Of a stretch of DNA of 64,000 bases, positions 24,839-31,971 are shown in pieces. The stretch is from the NCBI GenBank assembly GCA_041659465.1, contig JBAZYD010000008.1:7484-71483 (forward strand), in the 5' to 3' direction. This DNA is from Candidatus Micrarchaeia archaeon (GTDB lineage Archaea > Micrarchaeota > Micrarchaeia > Anstonellales > Anstonellaceae). Within the stretch, counting starts at the first letter, position 1, and each line of letters opens with the position of its first letter. A program made the translations under genes and the position numbers. The notes beneath the pieces were generated by a model, which saw nothing but the letters and a program-made list of their open reading frames with translations, was not told the DNA's origin and searched no databases.

Positions 24839-25180
24839 AGCGGCTGGGATGCAGCGATTTTTTGCCAGCCCCTAGTGCCTAATGGCCTGATTTCCGAAGC
24901 CTGCCTCCTCGATGGTTCAATTGAACTTGCCGGCGGCAGCCAGGGGCTAGCATATACAAATATATATGGCTAATACATACCTATATATATTAGTAAGGCT
25001 AATAACCTATTATATTCGTAATAGAAAAGAAGAATGAAAACCAACTGAGACGAAGAAGTGGATTTGTGGAGATTGAGACGGGGGTTGGCTTGGCGCTGAT
25101 GTCGGGCGCGCTTGCCATCCTCGCATCAGTAAAGCTCTTCAGGGCGGGCGTCTAAGCAGGTGGATGGGGAGATGATTTGA

Positions 25181-25612
25181 ATGGGTAAGCACAACACAGT
25201 ATCGGGAATTCTTGTTTTCATCGTCATTTTGACGATTGTGGCAACCACCATCATGGTGATAACCTATGCCACCGGCGTTTTGGCGTCAGCAGTGGCTTTT
25301 GCCTCGTCGGACCAGATTGCCAAGATGCAATCGTGCGGGATAGCCGCCCCGCCTGAATTGTCCAAGCTCCAGGCAGATGTTTCGAGCCTGCTGATTCCGG
25401 CGATTTATGTCGGTTTCCCAAGCCTGATGATATTCATCTCGGCATTGATGTTCATCGCTGGGCACTATTATGGCAGCGATAAGGAAGGGAGCGTCAGCCG
25501 CGAAACCACCGTAACTACAAGCAGCCCGAACAGGAAGCATGGCATGTACGCATCCGGCAGGCGTGTGGAGCAGACGCGGACGCAGAAATCGACCAAGACC
25601 GAAGGGGCATGA
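25181..25612 (+). CDS. membrane protein, function unknown
   Basis: 143 aa with hydrophobic helices and a Ser/Thr/Arg-rich tail. GGAGA lies about 10 nt upstream. Confidence 0.5.
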   Translation: MGKHNTVSGILVFIVILTIVATTIMVITYATGVLASAVAFASSDQIAKMQSCGIAAPPELSKLQADVSSLLIPAIYVGFPSLMIFISALMFIAGHYYGSDKEGSVSRETTVTTSSPNRKHGMYASGRRVEQTRTQKSTKTEGA

Positions 25613-25832
25613 ATCACTCGAAGATGAGTTGAAATGAATATTATACTGAGCTGAAACGAACAACACACCGAGGTGTACATATATGGCAAAGAAAAGCAGG
25701 GGCGGAAGGATGACGGCGGCAAAGAAGCGCGCCGCGGTTGGGAAGGGTGGAAAGGGCATGGTCAAGAACCGGCCGGCAGGAAAGCGCATCATGAGGACAT
25801 AAGCCCTGCGTGCGATGGGATTGGGGGATTTG

Positions 25833-26564
25833 ATGGATACAAAACTTTTGCTGATGGCTTTCGCCATCTTGCCACTTCTGCTGCTGGGCTGCACAGGCGC
25901 CCCGCAACAGCCTTTGGCCCAGCAGCAACCTAACGCCTTGCAGCCTGCGCAGAATCCGCCGGCAATCAACGCAAGGACAGGCGCAAACGTCGAGAACAAC
26001 GCCACGGCCTCTCCGCCGCTGCAATCGCAGCACACCTGCGCCCTCACCCTCAATCCATCGGTCATAGCCCCGGGCGAATCGACTGAAATAGGGTTTGCCG
26101 TGCAGTCGGAGCGGAAGGTGGCGTTCACCTACAACTGCGGCAATGAAATACGCGAGATATCCACAGGCGGCCTCACCAGGGGCTCCAGGCTGTGCCAGTT
26201 TTACACCCCGGGCAATGTGGAAGTCTGGATAAAGGCGGATGGCGCGGTATGCGCGCTGCAGACGCTTGTTGTCCGGCAGCCCCAAACGGCGAAAAGCTGC
26301 TACATTGACCAGTCAAGCGTGAAGCGCGACCTCGCCAACTATGTTTATGAGGCAAGGGTGCAGTTCACCGGCTTTTCGCCCCAGGACGAGCTTGTGTGGG
26401 TATGCGACCGCACCACCACCAGGCACTTGCTTGGAGGCGGGGACCCCGTGGTGGGGATGCCCCTTTACAGCGACATATACTGCGACTTCGCAAGCAGGCC
26501 GGTAAACGACAATATCGGCGTATCGATAGGGAGCGTTTCGTGCGGCAGCATTTCAACCAGATGA
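25833..26564 (+). CDS. predicted lipoprotein, Cys-rich, function unknown
   Basis: MDTKLLLMAFAILPLLLLGC lipobox, a Q/P-rich linker, then a beta-rich Cys-containing region. Confidence 0.55.
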   Translation: MDTKLLLMAFAILPLLLLGCTGAPQQPLAQQQPNALQPAQNPPAINARTGANVENNATASPPLQSQHTCALTLNPSVIAPGESTEIGFAVQSERKVAFTYNCGNEIREISTGGLTRGSRLCQFYTPGNVEVWIKADGAVCALQTLVVRQPQTAKSCYIDQSSVKRDLANYVYEARVQFTGFSPQDELVWVCDRTTTRHLLGGGDPVVGMPLYSDIYCDFASRPVNDNIGVSIGSVSCGSISTR

Positions 26565-26588
26565 GGAAGGATTAACGGGAGTGATTTT

Positions 26589-26858
26589 ATGGCAAAGCAA
26601 TACATAGAGCTTGGGACGCTGATACTCGCATTGGTTGCCCTTTGGCTGCTCATCGTGTTCATCCAGAACCCCATGGCGCTTCTTGTCAATTCAATCTTTG
26701 CAATCGTGCTCCTGATGCTGCTGAACCTGATTTTCAGGGTGGGCATACCCATCAACATAATCACGGTCCTGGTGGTCGCCATAGGCGGCATCATCGGCCT
26801 TCTGCTGATACTGCTGTTGCGCTACTCGAATCTTGCGTTCTATACTGAACGGGCGTGA
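26589..26858 (+). CDS. small 3-TM membrane protein (BofA-like), tandem paralog 1
   Basis: 89 aa, similar to the next ORF (NP-x-x-L-x-x-N-x-x-x-x-I-V-x-x-x-x-x-N). Confidence 0.5.
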   Translation: MAKQYIELGTLILALVALWLLIVFIQNPMALLVNSIFAIVLLMLLNLIFRVGIPINIITVLVVAIGGIIGLLLILLLRYSNLAFYTERA

Positions 26859-26867
26859 GGCGGGAAT

Positions 26868-27119
26868 ATGGCCATGTTTATAGAAATGGGGGCGTTGCTG
26901 GTTGCGGTGTTCATACTGTACCTGCTGTACTCCTTCCTGAAAAATCCCGTGCACCTCGTTGCCAACGCGGTCGTGGGCATCGTAATCTTCCTGATTGTGA
27001 ACATGTTCCTGGTGCAAAATGTCGTAATCAACCTTTTCTCGGTCGGGACCGTTGCGATTGCAGGGATTCCCGGCGTGCTGCTGGTGCTCCTGTTACATTT
27101 CATGGGTTGGGGATTCTAA
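26868..27119 (+). CDS. small 3-TM membrane protein (BofA-like), tandem paralog 2
   Basis: 83 aa, LKNPVHLVANAVVGIVIFLIVNMF, similar to the preceding ORF. Confidence 0.5.
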   Translation: MAMFIEMGALLVAVFILYLLYSFLKNPVHLVANAVVGIVIFLIVNMFLVQNVVINLFSVGTVAIAGIPGVLLVLLLHFMGWGF

Positions 27120-27132
27120 CTAGGTGATATAT

Positions 27133-28197
27133 ATGGAAACAAAAAAAATGCCGTTGCTTTTCGCATTCGCCGTAGTGGCGGCAATCTCGCTTTTTGCCGC
27201 TGGCTGCGCCCAGAATGGCAGTGGTTTGTCTTCAGGCCAGGGAAGGGCGGTGTTCACTGTGGCAGATGCTGCGGCGGACATGGGCACTGTTACAAGCGTG
27301 AAAGTGACTGTGGACCGCCTCGAGGTGCAGCATGCCGCCAGTGGATGGACGACTGTTTCCTCGACCCCGTACACATACGACCTTATGCAGCTTCGGGCAA
27401 GCAAAAGCCAGTCGCTCATGGCTGACGCAAAGCTTGAAGCCGGCTCCTATGGGCAGGTGCGCATGCACATATCCAGGGTGACTGTTACCGATTCTTCCGG
27501 CGAACATGAGGCAAAACTGCCTTCAAACGACCTGAAGATTGTTGGAGGCTTCGAGGTAAAGCCGAATGCAACGACAGTGGTGACCTTTGACTTCCTGGCG
27601 GACAAGTCCGTCCACGTGGCAGGCAATGGCAAGTACATCCTGGCGCCGGTGGTGCGCATGCAGGGGCGGGAAGATGCCGAGGTTGACGCAAGCTCCAGGG
27701 AAGACGTCAAGGTAACCGACGGCAGGGTCAGGACCGACACCGAAGTCGGCATGGATGCCGAGGGCAATGTCGGGGTTGGAGCAGGAATACCTGCAAATGC
27801 CAACATAACAATCGATGGGGGCACCATAGTGGTGCTCGGGCTGCTCCCGCGCGCGTGCACGGCGGATGCAAAGATATGCCAGGATGGCAGCGTGGTGGGC
27901 AGGCAGGGGCCTGATTGCGAGTTTGCAGCATGCCCGCAAGGATGCTCAAAGGAGGCCAAGACCTGCCCGGGCGGCAGCGTGGTGGGCAGGCAGGGGCCTG
28001 ATTGCGAGTTCGAGGCCTGCCCAAAGGAAAACAGCCTGGCAGCATGCATAGCCATTTCCAGCCAGCCTGAACGGCTTTCCTGCATAGCGATGTGGTGCGG
28101 GTCTGAAAACAGGGATTTCAACAAATGCTACAATCTTACAGATGAGAACGACAAGCTCGGGTGCCTGAACAAGTGCAACCCGAACTCGAACATCTGA
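27133..28197 (+). CDS. lipoprotein with DUF4382-like N-domain and two 4-Cys modules
   Basis: METKKMPLLFAFAVVAAISLFAAGC lipobox. The VKVTVDRLEVQ...YDLMQL...GSYGQVRMHISRVTV pattern is followed by ACTADAKICQDGSVVGRQGPDCEFAACP and CSKEAKTCPGGSVVGRQGPDCEFEACP. Confidence 0.65.
   Translation: METKKMPLLFAFAVVAAISLFAAGCAQNGSGLSSGQGRAVFTVADAAADMGTVTSVKVTVDRLEVQHAASGWTTVSSTPYTYDLMQLRASKSQSLMADAKLEAGSYGQVRMHISRVTVTDSSGEHEAKLPSNDLKIVGGFEVKPNATTVVTFDFLADKSVHVAGNGKYILAPVVRMQGREDAEVDASSREDVKVTDGRVRTDTEVGMDAEGNVGVGAGIPANANITIDGGTIVVLGLLPRACTADAKICQDGSVVGRQGPDCEFAACPQGCSKEAKTCPGGSVVGRQGPDCEFEACPKENSLAACIAISSQPERLSCIAMWCGSENRDFNKCYNLTDENDKLGCLNKCNPNSNI
27886..27923 (+). repeat. 38-bp perfect in-frame direct repeat, copy 1
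   Basis: ggcagcgtggtgggcaggcaggggcctgattgcgagtt is identical to 27973-28010 (offset 87 bp, or 29 codons). Confidence 0.9.
27973..28010 (+). repeat. 38-bp perfect in-frame direct repeat, copy 2
   Basis: Identical to 27886-27923. Confidence 0.9.
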
Positions 28198-28463
28198 ATG
28201 GTTCGCAAGGGCAGATAGCCCGAAAGTGGTGCAGGATATGCAAATGTCATTGGCGCGGTTCGGGGCAGATGCTGAAGGCGGGCCAGCAATGCCGGAAGGG
28301 GAGGGCGGAGGCTCGCGCGCCATGGCAGAAGAAGATGCTCCCGGGCCCATTGAAATCGATATTTCAGAGGGCTGGGAGCGGACAGGGGTGGCGGGGCTTT
28401 TCCATAACGCAGCGGAATTCCTTATAATTTCCATTACGGGCTGCGAACCAAGAAGGTGACCAT

Positions 28464-29246
28464 ATGAAGATGATTTTGATGATTGCGGTGCTGTTTGTCT
28501 CGTTGTTTGCATTTGGCTGCACCCAGAATGGGCCTGTTGCTCCGCGCGCGTGCACGGCGGATGCGAAAATATGCCCGGATGGAAGCGCAGTCGGAAGGGC
28601 GGGCCCCAATTGCGAGTTTGCAGCCTGCCCGTCAGGTGGCAACAATACGCCCCCGCCAGGCAACAGCACCACTCCGATAGTGTGCTCATGCCCCAATGAT
28701 CAGGCGCCGGTATGCGGCGCGGACGGCAAGACGTATTCAAATAACTGCTATGCCGCGTGCCTGAATGTGCAGGTGTCCCATTCCGGCAGGTGCGGGTTCG
28801 AAATCTACCCGCCTGCATGCATGGGGGATGCAATTCGCTGCCCTGGCGGCTCGTATGTCTTTAGGGCTGGGCTGGATTGCGCATTTGCAGCCTGCCCGCA
28901 GGCAAATTACACCCTTCCGCCCGCCCCGCCGGCCAACTACACGCTTTATGGGAAGGTGACCATTGGCCCGCTCTGCCCGGTTGAGCCGTGCAGCAGGGTG
29001 TTTGACTATAGCGTGGTGCGCGTGAATGTCTACAACGCCACAAGCAAGGCATTGGTTGTCCAGGCAAGCGCTGCTTCCAGCGGCTATTACGGAGTCAAGC
29101 TCGGGATAGGCAGCTACCTGGTGAATGTGACGGATGCATCGGGCGCATCGTTCGGGCTGCCGCGCCTGGATTACACCCAAGCATTCACAATCGAGAAGGG
29201 GCATTTGGTCCAGATGGACTTTGACATAGACACCGGGATAAGATAG
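28464..29246 (+). CDS. lipoprotein with 4-Cys modules, a Kazal-like domain and a beta-sandwich C-terminus
   Basis: MKMILMIAVLFVSLFAFGC lipobox. It contains ACTADAKICPDGSAVGRAGPNCEFAACP, CSCPNDQAPVCGADGKTYSNNCYAACLNVQVSHSGRC (Kazal pattern, about 28683-28793) and PACMGDAIRCPGGSYVFRAGLDCAFAACP. Confidence 0.65.
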   Translation: MKMILMIAVLFVSLFAFGCTQNGPVAPRACTADAKICPDGSAVGRAGPNCEFAACPSGGNNTPPPGNSTTPIVCSCPNDQAPVCGADGKTYSNNCYAACLNVQVSHSGRCGFEIYPPACMGDAIRCPGGSYVFRAGLDCAFAACPQANYTLPPAPPANYTLYGKVTIGPLCPVEPCSRVFDYSVVRVNVYNATSKALVVQASAASSGYYGVKLGIGSYLVNVTDASGASFGLPRLDYTQAFTIEKGHLVQMDFDIDTGIR

Positions 29247-29263
29247 GCAAGCCAGGCGAAACA

Positions 29264-29593
29264 ATGGGGAAAAACCAGGAAGCGAAAATAACCATCTGCA
29301 CCGCGCCGCCAGGGCTCTATGCCGTGATTAGGGACATGGAGCTGCATTCCGACTCCGACACCATGCATACCGTGCAGGTTGTGACAGCCTTCAAGTACAC
29401 TTATTTTGGCGATGGCGCAGAGAAAATCTTTTCAGAGCCGCTGGTTTATTGCGAAAGCAAGGATACCAATGCGCTTGTTGACGGCAAAATGAAAATAGAG
29501 TTCGTAGGCTCGCATGAAAACTGCGTCCTGAAGATAAAGGAACTGATTTCGCTGCATTATGCAAAGAAGGCCGCCAAAAAGGACGGGGCATGA
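29264..29593 (+). CDS. hypothetical protein
   Basis: 109-aa ORF with no motif recognised. Confidence 0.4.
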   Translation: MGKNQEAKITICTAPPGLYAVIRDMELHSDSDTMHTVQVVTAFKYTYFGDGAEKIFSEPLVYCESKDTNALVDGKMKIEFVGSHENCVLKIKELISLHYAKKAAKKDGA

Positions 29594-29609
29594 TGGCAGC
29601 TGCGCAGTT

Positions 29610-29879
29610 TCAGAACGACCAGTTGAACCTTGGCTGCTTGGACTGCCTCATTATCATTGCTTCGGCGTTAAGATTGCCCGCGAGCTTGTACAGGTCGGGC
29701 TCTTTGCGCTCGTCGCAGGACATCAGGGCTTTATAAAAATCATTTTGCGCGAGCGCGAGCTTCCCGGCATCCCGGCGCCTTATCCCGCGCGAGACGTGCT
29801 CGGCAGAGGTCATTCTGCTGATGAATTTCCTGCCTTCCTGCTTGTTTTGGGGGGATATTTTGCAGTTGAATGCGTACAT
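29610..29879 (-). CDS. hypothetical small helical protein
   Basis: 89-aa ORF, last gene of the minus-strand run 31841 to 29610. Confidence 0.4.
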   Translation of the reverse strand: MYAFNCKISPQNKQEGRKFISRMTSAEHVSRGIRRRDAGKLALAQNDFYKALMSCDERKEPDLYKLAGNLNAEAMIMRQSKQPRFNWSF

Positions 29880-29935
29880 GCCTTCACCAAGGAGATTTGT
29901 GTGGAAAATGATTTAAATGTGAATTTTGGAAGCGC

Positions 29936-31237
29936 TCATTGGAAAGTCGCCTGCAGGAGCTCTGCCGCGCGGATAAAGCCATCCTGCGCCGATGGGAAGT
30001 TTCCCGCCTCAAACGCCAGCACTGCCGAGTTGAGGGCAATGACCGTGCCTTTTAGGTAGGGCTCGTGCCCTTTTTGAAGCTCGTCTAAGATGAAGCGCGG
30101 CTTGTTCGCGTGCACGAAAAGCTCAAGGTGCCCAAGCTTTTTCAGTGAAAGCGCGCGCAGTTCCCGGTTGACGAACTTGTAGAGCCATCTGTAATGAGAT
30201 ATCTGGTAGTCGTCCTTGCCAAGGCTTGGAGGAAGGACCACACCCGCCTCGGCCAGTGCGATGCGCTTGTCGGCGCCGTGCGCGCTCCGTTCCGGGACCC
30301 TGAAAAGCCGGCTGTACGACTCTATCTGGAGCAGTATGTCATTTTTTGGCTCCCGGGCGGCAATCATTCCCCTTAATTCAGCAAGCTTGTCAAGCTTGAT
30401 CTTGTCGAATTGCAGGTATTCATGGATTTTGGCAGGGTTTCCGGCGAATTTCCTCAGCTGGGCATACAGCCATTCATCCCTCAGCTTCCGAAGCGAGCAT
30501 TCCTTGAGGTAGTTGTAATACGAAATGTTGATAATCTGCCTGTCCCTGTAAGCGCCCACCCTGTTCCGCGCTTTCCAGAATTTCGAGCACGCCCTTGCCA
30601 CCTGGAAGTCGCGCTTATGGCCCATTTCCATTGAAATTGCGGTTTCAAGCATGCTCACTGCCTCGCCCACGCTTTCGCGCGCAAGCAGCCTTTTGACCGC
30701 GGCGCGTTTTTTCTGGAGCGTGCTTATATCAAATGACTGGAGAACGGCGATTGCCGCCCGGAGCTCTTCATCGCTGTGGCCGCTCTTCCTTTCGCTTAGC
30801 ATCAGGTTAGCCCTGTCCAGAATCTCCAGGGACGAGCCCGCCCTTGCAAGCTCGTCAGCATAGCCTTTGCGGACGTGCCTGAGGAGCCTGACCGCGGATA
30901 TTATGTGCAATGAGGAGTAGGTCGCCGTCCTGGGAAGGAAGCCGATTTTGAGGACCTCTTCCAACTCCTCCCTCGTCAATTCGCCAATCTTTACCGCGTC
31001 CTCCCGCATGAACTTCAGGACGACATACCACTTGTCAACAAGGATATTCAGCGCGGCAGGGATTAGGGTTTCGACGGCTGCGCCATGCTCGCCCCTACCA
31101 AACATCAATTCCCCGCTTCCAATCGCGCGCTCGTCCATCAGTTTCTTCACAGTGAATGCGGTAACCCTCATTTCCCTGCTCCGCTGGGCAGTGAGCGCTT
31201 GGGTTTCTTTCTGGATGCTTTTCTGGAAATCCGCCAT
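29936..31237 (-). CDS. hypothetical all-alpha protein
   Basis: 433-aa ORF with an ATG start and helical composition. No motif recognised. Confidence 0.55.
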   Translation of the reverse strand: MADFQKSIQKETQALTAQRSREMRVTAFTVKKLMDERAIGSGELMFGRGEHGAAVETLIPAALNILVDKWYVVLKFMREDAVKIGELTREELEEVLKIGFLPRTATYSSLHIISAVRLLRHVRKGYADELARAGSSLEILDRANLMLSERKSGHSDEELRAAIAVLQSFDISTLQKKRAAVKRLLARESVGEAVSMLETAISMEMGHKRDFQVARACSKFWKARNRVGAYRDRQIINISYYNYLKECSLRKLRDEWLYAQLRKFAGNPAKIHEYLQFDKIKLDKLAELRGMIAAREPKNDILLQIESYSRLFRVPERSAHGADKRIALAEAGVVLPPSLGKDDYQISHYRWLYKFVNRELRALSLKKLGHLELFVHANKPRFILDELQKGHEPYLKGTVIALNSAVLAFEAGNFPSAQDGFIRAAELLQATFQ

Positions 31238-31331
31238 GGAAACACTGCTTGTCCCTTAATGGCAAACCTCTTTTAACCATTGTGGGGCACCGGCGGGTAA
31301 GGAAGAAGATGCCAGTAGAGGGCACAATAAG

Positions 31332-31841
31332 TCAAATGAAGCTTTCATTGATTGGCTGCTGCTTCCTAAACGACGCCCTGTCCTGAAGCGGGAGCGCAAG
31401 GTCGGCTTCCCTTTCTTTTTCACCCCTAATCCTATGCTGCAAGATAGATGAGCCGAAAGCAGGCAGGGGAATCCTATGATAGAGGGATATTGCCTTTTGG
31501 ATGTGCTGCAGAGCCAAGTCGTATTCGGCCTGGGTGCATTCTTCATTGTTAAATAGGTCGCGCGCAAGCCGGTACTCTTCTGTTGCGGCTGCCCAGTATT
31601 TCATATCCCTTTGGGCGATCTGCGCGGGCATGCCAAAAATCTGCATGGCTTTTATTTTCCCTTTTAAGGCATAGGCCCAAACTGAAGGCGCCTTGTTCAG
31701 CCAATAGAGCCTGATGGCAGTGTTGATGTTTTCCTGCGCCTGGCCGTATTTGTGGAGCTTGCAATGCCTTGACGCCAGCGCGAAGTGGAAATCGCCGGAT
31801 TTCCGCCTTTCCGCCATCCTTCCCAAGAATTGAGCCGCCAT
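31332..31841 (-). CDS. hypothetical TPR-like helical protein
   Basis: 169 aa with helical-repeat-like segments. The TATA (complement of gatttttaagg) is centred about 26 nt upstream of the ATG at 31841. Confidence 0.5.
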   Translation of the reverse strand: MAAQFLGRMAERRKSGDFHFALASRHCKLHKYGQAQENINTAIRLYWLNKAPSVWAYALKGKIKAMQIFGMPAQIAQRDMKYWAAATEEYRLARDLFNNEECTQAEYDLALQHIQKAISLYHRIPLPAFGSSILQHRIRGEKEREADLALPLQDRASFRKQQPINESFI

Positions 31842-31971
31842 GCATTGTTTCTGGCGCGATGATTTTTAAGGGGTTTCGGCGCGCGATGGTGCGGAATGAG
31901 GAAGGAAAGAAGGGAAAAAGAGAAAAATGAAAGAAGAAAAAACAAAAAGAAAAGGAAAAAGATACTCAAAA

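Noticed and set aside
25078-25155. Tiny hydrophobic ORF (up to 21 aa, ...MSGALAILASVKLFRAGV)
   Set aside because: It is too short, has only a weak or alternative start, and has no supporting signal.
25621-25655. Possible C/D-box sRNA (agatgag ... ctga g ctga)
   Set aside because: The C box is imperfect, the spacing to the first CUGA is 17 nt rather than ~12, and there is no C' box and no terminal stem.
25286-26285. 280-aa and 214-aa minus-strand ORFs
   Set aside because: They are antisense to the membrane protein and lipoprotein genes and have low-complexity Arg/Ala/Cys-rich translations. The plus-strand genes have signal peptides and sensible composition.
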